A stretch of 63,628 nucleotides of DNA, the filler included, from Jimgerdemannia flammicorona (taxonomy: Eukaryota): the NCBI GenBank assembly GCA_003990765.1. It is 2 parts of 2 records of this genome, joined end to end, with 100 filler letters (N's around TTAATTAATTAA, not from the genome) between each part and the next. Parts side by side here need not be neighbours in the genome. Positions count along the whole stretch, not along the records: positions 1 to 31,764 come from RBNJ01000380.1; positions 31,865 to 63,628 come from RBNJ01000381.1. The stretch is one strand, 5' to 3'. How positions within the stretch are numbered: position 1 is the first letter of the stretch; each line of letters opens with the position of its first letter. Under the pieces are notes generated by a model. That model ran no database searches. It saw only the letters and a program-made list of their open reading frames with translations, and was not told the DNA's origin. Positions 25,701 through 36,912 of the stretch are shown here, piece after piece. A program made the translations under genes and the position numbers.

Positions 25701-28700
25701 TCTCTAACAATGTCACTAAAGTATACAGTCATCTTGGTAAACTACTGGGTGAGTTCCTCCACTGGATCAGCTTTGGTCATCTTGGGGGTAAGGGGGAATA
25801 GTTGTCTATTAAGGGCTATGGTAGGTATGATACTGGTTGGTTTTGGTAGCTCCATCTTAATGCCAGTTATCCTTTCTATTGAGTATTCAACAGAGTGTCT
25901 GGCAGTCTAATATCTCTATATAAAGACCACTTTTTAATCAAGGGTCAGAGTAGCTAAAGTAGACTAGATTGCTAGAGCAATTTCATAGTGAACTCCTTTT
26001 AAGAAGGTTGAATTAACTATCTATTCCTTAAGAATATTATCATAGTCAGCCAAGATAATCTGATAGCAGATTCAGATATAGAATGAGTTGGGGTCTTTAT
26101 TAAGTTCTTAGTAGATAGTGTTGAGTTGATCTTTGAGAGCTTGCTTGATCTCTTTAATATAGTATATAGTTCTAAGAAAGTTCTTTATATTAGTGAGTTT
26201 AGCTGTACTCAGTATTCAATGGTAGCTATATTGAACTTATCTCTGATAGGTCCTCTGAGGCTGATAGATAGAAGGGCCAATTATACTTCAACATTAAGAG
26301 CTTATATAGCAACAAATTGTTCAAAGTCTTCAATAAAGGTCAGAATTGCCTCTTCAGTAATAAATCTATAGAATGTGGGAGAATGTATTTTCATCTTGTC
26401 TTGAATTCTTACAGAGAGTGACTCTTATAATCAGGGTAGTTATTGTAGTAATTGTTCATTATTCAGCTTAAAAGTGAGGGATCCTAATAGTATCACCAGT
26501 CAATGAGCACCAAGTTATTATATAGTGAGTACTAGATTCTCCAAGTATATCAGATTCTCTTCAAGATATATCTCTTAGACCAACTATAAGTTTCTTATAA
26601 GCAAGTTCTATTAGAGTGCCTTTATGTAGTTCTCAAACTTCTTATCTTTAAACTATTTTATTATCTTCTGGATTTACTTATATAGAATTGAGTAGAGGAC
26701 TAGAACTCTTATACTCTTGAGTGTTTTAATACTGACTTTATTTTAAAGAAAATGAGAGAAGTATTTATACAAAATATAATTCAATAGTTACTAAGTTATA
26801 AAACTAAATATAAATTCTAATAACTAAATAAATAAGATACAAACTTCAGGTTGTAAGTACAAATTTGAGTGCCTATATAAATGGTTATATAAGATCAGAA
26901 TGTCAGAATAATTTTAATAGTTATATAAAGAACTTAGAGCAGAAGGTTCAGAATCCTGAGGACTTTATCTTTGTTACTATTATTAAGATCAGAGATCAGA
27001 ATATCTTCAAAGGAGATAAGGTCAGCAAATGTTTCTATAAGTATCACATCCATTTCACATATTTTATATATTTTGTATATGTCAATTAGTGGGATGACAT
27101 TATCACTGATGACATCATCACATTTGGTAGCAATAGAGAGAGTAAGGAGATCAGAAGCTCTCTAATCTATGACATTTTTATCTACAAAGTAGGGAATAAA
27201 GATGAGATCTTGAGGAGGTCTAATCTGAATATTGGAGCCTTAGAATACTGAGATTATTCCTTATAGGAATTAATTTGAATTATCCTAGAGGATGGGATTC
27301 CAGAACTCTTCTACCTTATTACTTTTGAGAGTGATAGTGGATTAGACTTCTGTGGCCACTATCGTCTTCAGTACATCTATATTATAAGCATAAAATCTCC
27401 AAGCCACCAAAATCACACATCACCCTCTGAACAAATCTGAAAATCACTTGCAAGATCACAAAGCTGAGTCAAACTAAAGTCATAGAGTACAAAGTTGAGT
27501 CAACTCAAAGTCATGAAACATAAGATTTATATAAATGGAATCTTACCAATCAGGACCAAATGCATATACTCAACTCTTAGATATGTCAAAATAGAGAATC
27601 ATAATAAATAAAACAAACAACCACAACTCTTGAATATATACAAACATGACCACTGAGATCTATAACTACATCTGTACTAACATTTGGAATGTTATTGTCA
27701 ACTGAGCCACACCCCCTCTACCCCTCATGAATATCCATAGTCTAGCACCTCTCTACTTCATAGAAGCCCAATGGAATGCCCTGAACATACTTAGTGAGAT
27801 CCACCAAATTAGACAAATCTTAAGCTATTACCAGATTGACTACCTCCTAGAAGGTATAATTGAATACTATTATAATACAGATATTATCCAGATATCTCAA
27901 TATCAGAAACTCATCTCTCACAAATACCAAGAACTCTTCTATAAGTATAGTACCTTTATTTCCCACTTTTGAGTTACTACTACTGAAATGGTTGCCACTC
28001 TGTCCTATAGCCAAATTGATGATATGATACAAGAACTCAACTACAAGTATATTGAGTACATTTAAACTACAGACCGAACCTTTCCACACCCTAATGATCA
28101 TATCCTGCAAATGCCCCAAGTTAGATACACCATAAAGGATATATATGATATAATCTGATTTAATGATGATGAAGCAGAAGATAATGATCCCTTTGATACC
28201 AATATGACCTCTAGCCAAGGATCTCTACTAACTCTGATACTCTGCCAACCTTGTCAATAAACTTATAATAGTTCATAAACACCTACAAGATCTATTGGGA
28301 TAATGACCACTAGTATGAGTACTAACCTGCCTTTACTCCTAATTACTTCAACTATAATGAAGAGACCAGAGAACACAACCTGTACCTCTAGACAACCCTC
28401 AAGATTGAACCAACAACTTCACCACCCAAGTATGAGTAACATGAAGTATAACTATCAGTATACTAAAACTCTGCAACTTATAGTACTGTAACTTATAGAA
28501 GATATGCAGACAGCAAATCCAATGAAAGCAAAGATGATGTACCTCTCCTTTACCTACTAACTCTATACTTAGTATATGAGATAGATGATACTATTCTGTG
28601 GGATAGTGACAAGGTCTCAATATATTATTATCTGAGCAAATAGAGAGAAGTAATCTGAGAACCACTCTTCCTAGATGACTACTTCATTAGAGATAATATC

Positions 28701-29557
28701 ATTGATAGTGATATTATCAAAAACTATCTAGATAGTATTTAAATCTATAGATAGCTTAGCAGTCATTAGTATAGTTAGATTAGTCTTATATAACATGACT
28801 GCCAACTAACTCAGCAGTCAGATGATCTCTTGATATATCAGTTCACACTTATACTATAAACTGTATTCTGACTCAGTAAGACACTAAGTACTACATTCAT
28901 ATTTAGCCTAGTCTAGATAGCCTCTCATTAGTATAAATACCCCCTCCCCCAGACCTCAGAATCTTAGACTCAAATAGATAAGAACCATTTTGAACACTTT
29001 CCCACAATATCCCTTTACACAACTACTCCTAGTATAACAATATCATAAATAGCAAATAAATCTATTTAATAACCCACAAATTACTTTTAAGTAAATCTAC
29101 TCCCTATTAGGTCCTACTCCTAACTCTGTTATGAAATTTTCTAATTGAATATTGTCTGCAGCAATATGCCAATTCAATTAAGCTGGTCTTAGTTTCTTGA
29201 ACTTTCTGAAATACAGAAAATCCTGAATATCTAGAATAAGTCTGAAAAAGAACTTTAGTTGAGATGTCAATCCAATTGAAATCAATAAGTATAGAGAATA
29301 TACTCTATACAAAATTGATCTTGACCTTAAGAAAACAGTCTTTCAGAATATTCAGAACTTCCAGAAAACTCTTCCAGAACTACATAATGGTTACCTTAAT
29401 AAGTAACCCTCTTATATATATGGTGGGCTGATAATTCCTTGAAGTCTGAGACTTTGGTATACTCTAAGTTGAGAATTGACCAAAGTATATATCTGAAGAT
29501 CTGATAGCTCTTTTTGGCTACTCTCAATTTACATATATCTATAGAGATATTATCTTG
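19727..29557 (-). mobile_element. Ty3/gypsy element G3 (same family as G1), both LTRs truncated, 5' LTR interrupted by solo LTR S2
   Basis: 3' LTR 19727-20817, PPT 20818-20827, internal region 20818-26515 colinear with G1 (gag, PR, dUTPase 23827-24231, RT, RH, IN), PBS 26495-26515, 5' LTR 26516-29557. Confidence 0.9.
27383..29416 (+). mobile_element. Solo LTR, family S copy 2, with degenerate ORF 27646-28742
   Basis: Termini TATAAG...CTTATA (mutated TGTAAG/CTTACA), 5-bp TSD TATAT (27378-27382/29417-29421), colinear with the reverse complement of 6403-8470. Confidence 0.88.

Positions 29558-29582
<25 letters not shown>
29558..29582. repeat. (TA)n microsatellite at the G3 LTR/LINE junction
   Basis: Direct reading of the sequence. 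Confidence 0.9.
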
Positions 29583-29588
<6 letters not shown>

Positions 29589-30958
29589 CACTTAGACTTT
29601 CTCTTTATTACCAATTATCATCTAGTCTATGTTATATTAATATAAAGATACTGACATACCCTTCACCTAATCTCATATAGACCCCCTACTCCCCCTCTCT
29701 TTCCCCTCTACCTAGAAGTCACCAACTCCCCAACCCTGCTTCTCTTACAAATACATTCCTTAAGTCTTCTATAGCCTCTCTCTCCAGATCTCTATCTCTA
29801 CCACTACTCATTCAAGATATCCATCATTAACTACTCTCATCTTGTAACTCTTATCCCAACTACTAATTACTAACCCTCTTTAAATATATAGTACCAATGT
29901 CCAGTAAGCTCAATCTAAATGGCCAGAGCCCACCCCAAAGTCAGTCACTTATCTCTTACTCCAATTACTAATCTATGCCAAAGATTACTCCACCTCCCCC
30001 CCTCCTCACTCTTTAATAATTGCATCTCTAGAAAGTTCTTAATAACCAATCAGTAGTCTTCCAAAACCTTACACTCCCCAAGCCAATGTTCAGGAGTCTG
30101 TGCCACACCCCTCACCTATCCAATATCTAGACACTCCTTATACTCCACTATACTCCCTTCTACTAAGTATCCTGATTAGTAGTTTAGCATAATATTTTGC
30201 CTCAAAATCCTCTACCATACTACTCAGAACTTGGGGGAGAGCTATCTTGCCACCTGCTTGCCTCAAGATCAGACTCTATTCTAGTCCTACTCTTCACTAA
30301 TCTCCATCCTCTGCTATACTTCTAACTACAAATCCCTGTCATGCTCCCTCAGATATTCTATGCTATCTTCTAGCTAAAAATCCTCTACCAGCATACCTCC
30401 TAACAGTAGGCAGTCCTATCTCCACATCTGCAGTTCCCATTTCTCCTCCCTCTCATTACCCTACCAGTAAATATCAATACAGTGAGTACCATCCACCACT
30501 CCCTACCAGAATCTCTTATAGTGTATCTTCTTACTTCCTTTAAGAGCTACCAGAGAGAGCAGGTCACCAGTTATATTTCAGAGAGAGTATCAAGCTTCCC
30601 ACACTCTCTGCATAAGGGGCACTCACTCTTGACCCTGCAATTCACTTGTCTGTTATAGCCACTATGTTCTCAGGCAATGCAGATGCTTAGTGAAGTCTAC
30701 CAGGCCTAGCCCACCTCTGTCTACTGGTAGTATCAATATCTTTCAGCTGATCTGACTCCTCCATCTCACTCAGATCTATGACTTGGTCATTTCAATAGCC
30801 TCTTAACCACTTATACCAGAAAGCCTAAGTAATACCCTATATACCATAGCTTTGGCAGCTAGTATATATTCAGTACCATTACTCTCTCTGCCAGAGAGAT
30901 GTACTGGCCTCCCTACTTCATAAGAACATTCCCTCAAGCTAATAGTCACTGCTCCCAC
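29583..30958 (-). mobile_element. L1/Tx1-like LINE 3' fragment
   Basis: Minus strand encodes QTPEHWLGECK (~30070-30100). Its 3' terminus AAGTCTAAGTGACTATAA matches the end of the copy at 19667-19684. Confidence 0.8.
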
Positions 30959-30992
30959 TAGTGCATCGCAACCTGAGCCGACCCGTGTACAT

Positions 30993-31240
30993 ATTTAACC
31001 CGACCCGGAATTATACGTCACCCGTCTTTAACCCGACCCGGAATTATACATCACCCATCTTTAACCCGACCCGGAATAATACGTCACCCATCTTTAACCC
31101 GACCCGGAATAATACGTCACCCGTCTTTAACCCGACCCGGAATTATACGTCACCCATCTTTAACCCGACCTGGAAACGTACATCACCCGTCTTTAACCCG
31201 ACCCGGAATTATACGTAACCCGTCTTTAACCCAACCCGAG
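30993..31240 (+). repeat. 33-bp tandem array (~7 copies), CpG-intact
   Basis: Unit TTTAACCCGACCCGGAATTATACGTCACCCGTC. Confidence 0.95.
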
Positions 31241-31764
31241 AAATATACGTGACCCGACCCAAGAAATATACGTGACCCGACCCGTATTTAACCCGACACA
31301 GACCCGTCTTTAATCCGCCTTTAAGCTACAAGACACCAAAAAAAATATATTGCACATCTAAGATATATTTAGAATAAACAAACAGAAACATAATTAGGAA
31401 TCAGAAATCAAAATGAAATCGGAAATAAATAGGAAGTAAATCAGGAAAATAAAGAACTTACCGGTGTGAACAGATCTTACTCTTCATCGCTATAAACCAA
31501 CTGATCCTCCTCTTCATCGCTATAAACCAACTGATCCTCCTCCTTCTCATATTCCGAACCATCTTCCTCCATATATTCCGAACCGCTTTCCTCTATATCC
31601 TCCTCCTCCATATCCTCCTCTGGGCCGACCTCCTCCGCGCCAACCTCCATTTCGTCCTCCGCGCCGACCTCCCCGTGTTCCTCCGCGCCGACCTCCCCCG
31701 CGCCGACCTCCCCATGTTCCTCCGCGCCGACCTCCCCCGCGCCGACCTCCCCATGTTCCTCCGC

Positions 31765-31864
31765 NNNNNNNNNNNNNNNNNNNNNNNNNNNNNNNNNNNN
31801 NNNNNNNNTTAATTAATTAANNNNNNNNNNNNNNNNNNNNNNNNNNNNNNNNNNNNNNNNNNNN
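31765..31864. other. Assembly gap with artificial TTAATTAATTAA spacer (31809-31820)
   Basis: 44 N + 12-mer with stops in all six frames + 44 N. Confidence 0.95.
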
Positions 31865-33134
31865 CCAAAAGCCACTTGATTCAGGAAGGATTGCAACACT
31901 TAGGAGATACGCCTGCCAACGAGCCACTGCCAAGAAGTTGTGAGCTTGGTTCTCTTCTCTTCCACTCCGGTCCACTTTCCGATACAAAGCTTGAAGATTT
32001 GCCGCCAAGTTCAAGGAAGAACTTTGCCGCCTTTGGAACTATTGGTTCGCTTGCCAGATAAGCCTGAAGTTTCCCACCCAAGTTCAAGGAAGAACTTTGC
32101 CACCATTTCCCAGTTAGAAGCCCGCCGATTCAGGAAGAGTCCGCGCCATCCGAGTTATCCGAGTTATCCGCGTTACCCGCCGCTTTGAGTTATCCACCGT
32201 ATTCCCAGTTGAAGCCAATCTGCGCCATCCGAGTTAATTCTCAGTCAAGCCGCCGTTTTCAAGAAGCCCACCAAATCCGCGTCGTCCGCCACTTCCGAGT
32301 TATCCGCATTCCCAGAAAACCCACGTCATCTGAGTAGTATTCCCAGTTGAAGCCGAAACCGCGACATCCGAGTTATTCGCCATTCCCAGTGAGCCCGGTA
32401 TAGAAGAATCCACGCCATACTATTCCCAGTGAGCCAAACCGAGCTATCCGCCAGAAATCGTATACTTTTGGAAACCCGCCATGCTACACAAAGATCGCTC
32501 GCTACCCAAAAAGGAGAACCGCCAAATTGCCAGACCGTCACGCTACACAAGATCGTCTCCCAGAAATTGCACACTTTTGGAGATCGTCGCGCTACACAAA
32601 GATCGTTGCACCAAGACTGTCACCCAGAAATCGCTACACAAAATTGTACCATTCCCAGTTAACCCAAGAAGGAAAAGACATACAAATCGCCGCTACACCC
32701 AGAGAACCGTCCCAATAAGGAAATCACTTGCACAGTATCCAGATTTTGACTATTATACCGCTAAACACCAAGAACATTTTGTTGCTTTTAACAAAGTAAC
32801 TGGGGGCTCAAGCCAAACTACATCAACCCCCAACCTTGTAATTTGCCTCCATTGAGCTGGCACGTTACACTAGTGAGCTAGTGACTGAATGTTGAAACAG
32901 CTTGTGTGTAAATACAATTCATGCATACATGTATTTAGATTCTTAATAGTCTTCAGATATTTTTCACTTCCAATTACTCTGAATATTATCCAAATATTAT
33001 CTGAATTATTTTTTCAGGGCAGAGTTCAGAGGGTCAAGTTCAGGGTCAGGTTTAGGAGTCAGATTCAGGGTCAGGTTCAGAGATTGAGTTCAGGTTTGGG
33101 TTAAGGATAAATAATGGATTAGGTGATATATATT

Positions 33135-33340
33135 TCCAGGTCAGATTAAAGATGAGTTATGTTTAATTCTGGGTTAGGTTAAAGATGGGTAATAAATCTT
33201 TCTGGATTAGGTTAAAGATGGGTGATGTATAATTCTGGATTAGGTTAAAGATGGGTGACATATAATTCTGGGTCAGATTAAAGATGGGTGACATATAATT
33301 CTAGGTTGGGTTAAAGACAAGTGACATCTAATTCTAGGTT
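33135..33340 (-). repeat. Inverted, CpG-deaminated copy of the 33-bp array
   Basis: Units such as GGATTAGGTTAAAGATGGGTGATGTATAATTCT equal the reverse complement of the left unit with CG>TG/CA/TA changes. Confidence 0.9.
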
Positions 33341-33400
33341 GGCTGTTTTATGGATTAGGTTTCAGGTTAATTAGGTTGGATTTGCAGAGCACTACACCCA

Positions 33401-34848
33401 GGCTACAAGATGAGTAATGATGACCAACTATGAGTCATTATAACTATAAGACAGATATCTTGAGGAATATAAAAAAGGGATCAAGAAACTACAGTAGTAG
33501 CAACTCAAACAAGGCTTACAGAAATAGTTCAAAAGACTTACCACAAATAAAATATCTGCTGCTTGCCAAACCTCAAGGTCTCAGAACCACTAAGACCTCT
33601 TAGTTCAGGAAAGGATGTTTTAAGACATCAGAAGAGCTATGAGGACTCATACAAGAAGGACTTCTAGCCTCAATCTGGATACTAGTGACTCTTATTACTA
33701 TATCCTCTATTACTATGAAATGGAAACAAGAATCACTATTGCTATCAAATACCTCTAGATATAGCAGAAATATAAAATAGAAAACCTTCTCTGCTGAAAA
33801 TTCCCTCAGATCAGTCTCCAAGAGATACAAGATGCTACTCCCATAGATGTATATAAAATAAGAACAGCTAAGAAGATTCATCAGGTCTTTAGATATATAC
33901 TATGGTCAATCTCCAACTTGGAGTATACTAGAGTCTCAGACTTCAAGAAATTATCAGCCCACCATACTAATATACTAGAGGCTATAGTGACTACAGAAGC
34001 CCAGTCTACTATTACTCTCAATAGTGATAAAGTAGAAGAGTTCTGGAATCCCATCCTCCAGGACAATCCAGATCAATTCTTATAAGGATTGATCTCAGTA
34101 TTCCAAAGCCCCAGCATCCAAGTTAGATCTCTCTAAGACTCTATATTTGTTCCTTATTTTGTAGAAGAGAATGTCATAGATTGGAGAGCCCCCACCACTG
34201 CCAAATGTGATGACATCATTGGTAATGACATCATCCTGCTAATTTGCAATATATGCAAAATATGCAAAATAGACAAAATATTCACTGATCTCATTTTCTT
34301 TGAAGACATCCTATCTCTAATCTCTAGCCTTGATGATAGTGATGAAGATAAGGCTCTATGGTTCTGAACATTCTGCTCTAAGTTCTTGGTAATACAAAAA
34401 TCTTCTGATATCCTTTTTCTATATAATTGAATTCTATCAGTATCTTTTTTCTATATTACCAAATCTACTAACATTCTGAACTTGTATAACTATTTATATA
34501 GGCACTCAAATTTGTACTTATAACTAAAGTTTTCTATATTCCAGTATTTTATTTGGTTATTGAAATTTATATTTAGCTTTATATCTTAGTAACTATTGAA
34601 TTATATTTTGTATAAATACCCCTCTTATTTTCTTTGAAATAAAGTCAGTCAAGTTCACTTATACTCAATTTTACACAAGCAATCTAAGAGATAACAAGAT
34701 AGTTTAAAGATAAGAAGTTTGAGAACTATAAGATATTGAGAAGGTACTCCAATAAGAACTTACTTATAATAAACTTGTGATTAGTCTAAGAGATATACCT
34801 TAAAGAGAATCTGACATATTTGAAGGACTCAGTATCCACTATATAACA
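33401..34848 (+). mobile_element. 5'-truncated LTR of the G1/G3 family, with LTR ORF remnant
   Basis: Colinear with 35360-36792 and ends in CACTATATAACA. Confidence 0.85.
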
Positions 34849-36912
34849 ATAGGTTATAGCTATAAATACTACTCTTATAGGGTCTCAGAGACTGAAAAAC
34901 ATGAGGGCTACTTGCTGTCTTGATATCAGAGTCCTTAGAGTAATATACTGCTCAAAATTATCAATAAAGATAATGATTGATTCATCTGAAGTATATCTAT
35001 AGAATACTAGTGGTCTTATATTTATCTTGTTTAAATATCTTGATTCAATTTATATAGTTGTTCTTTAGATAATAGTTATTCATTATTCAGCCTAAAAGTG
35101 AGAGATTTATCTTGAATTACTAGTTAATAGATACTAAGTTATAATGTAGTAGATACGTATATAACTATATAAGTATATCAGATTTTTGTATTTTAAAAAA
35201 TTAATCTTCTTTGACTCTACAGAGTTCTTAAAATATAGTAGTAGATGAGTTTGAAGTATATATATCTATTGTAATGGTGACCCCAGAATGATGACATCAG
35301 CACAGGAGACAGTCTTTCCTCATAAGTTACTAGATCAGAGCACAAGAAGATCATACAGTATATGAGATAAGCAATGATAACTAACTGTAAGTCATTGTGA
35401 CCACAGTACAAGCATCTCAAGGAATATAAAAGAAGAATTAAGAAACTGCAGTAGTAGCAACCAACAAGACCCATCAATCCCAAAATAGCTCAAAGACTTA
35501 CTATAAACAAAATACCTGCTGCTTACCAAATCTCAAGGTTAAGGAACCACTAAGGTATCTCAGTTGAAGAGAGGATGTTTCAAGAGATCAGAAGAGCCAT
35601 GAGGACCTACTCAAGAAGGACTCCTAGTGTCAACCTGGGTACTAGTGACCCTTATCATTATATCCTCTACCACCATGAAATGGAAACAAGGATCACTATT
35701 GATACCAAATGTCTCTAAATATGGCAGAAGTATGAAATAGAAAATCTTCTCTGCCAGGAGTTCCCACAGGCCAGCCCTCAAGAGCTACAAGATACCACTC
35801 TCATGGATATATATGAGGCAAGAACAGCTAAGAAAATCCATCAGATCTTCAGGCATACACCATGGTCAATCCTCAACTTGGAGTATATTAGAGTCTCAGA
35901 TTTCAGAGACCTGTCATCCTGCCGTATTAATGCACTAGAAGCCAGGGTGGCTACAGAGGCCCAGTCCACTATTACTCTCAATAGTGATAAAGTAGAAGAC
36001 TTCTGGCACCCCATCCTCCAGGACAATCCAGACCAATTTCTGCAAGGATTGATCTCAGTATTCTAAGGCCCAAACATCTAGGTTAGATCTCCCCAAGATC
36101 CCACATTTGTTCCCTATTTTGTGGAAGAGAATCTCATAGATTGGAGAGCCCCCGATTTCCCTGCCACCAAATGTGATGACATCATCAGCAATAATATCAT
36201 CCCATGTGACACATGCAAAATGTGCAACCTACATAATAATGATGAATTTGTAGATCTCATCTCCTTTAAAAACATCTTGATCTCTAATGATGAAACCCCC
36301 ATAGTCCTGAACATTCTGCTCTAAGTCTCTTGGTTACACTGAATAATGCCAGCACTGGTATTTTGATATAACACTGAATTGTTCCAGCACTGGTATTTTG
36401 ATATAATACTGAATTATACCAGTATCCTGAATCTATATAACTATCAGTACTGATCCTGGAACTTAGCAGTTTTTCCTGTTCTGGCATTTTATTTTAGTTA
36501 TTGGAATTTATATTTAGCTTTATATCTTAGCAACCATTGAATTATATTTTGTATAAATATTTCTCTTATTTCCTCTGAAATAAACTCAGTTCCTCTCAGT
36601 ACAATATACACACTTCCTTGCAAGCAATCTAAGAGATAATAAGACAGTTTAAAGATAAGAAGTTTGAGAACTATAAGACCTTGGGAAGGCACTCTAATAA
36701 GAACTTACTTATAATAAACTTGAGTTAGTCTAAGAGATACACCTTGAAGAGAATCTGGCATATTTGAAGGACTCAGTGACTACTACATGACAACTTGATG
36801 CCCATTGGCTGGTAATTCAAGATGAATCCCTCACTTTCAAGCTGAAAAATGAACAACCCCCACAACAACTACTCTGACTACAAGAGTCACCCCTGCAAGA
36901 ATTCAAGACAAG

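Larger units (their letters stand above)
30959..33394. mobile_element. hAT-like TIR element with inverted 33-bp subterminal arrays; spans an assembly gap
   Basis: Termini TAGTGCATCGCAA / TTGCAGAGCACTA and inverted arrays of TTTAACCCGACCCGGAATTATACGTCACCCGTC at both ends. No TSD found and no transposase core visible. Confidence 0.55.

Noticed and set aside
30961..31218. ORF with (FNPTRNYTSP)n repeats, or a CRISPR-like array
   Set aside because: It is the translation of a spacer-less 33-bp tandem array that is mirrored at the other end of the element: subterminal repeats, not a gene or CRISPR.
31809..31820. TTAATTAATTAA palindrome
   Set aside because: Centred in an N-run with stops in all six frames; a scaffolding spacer.
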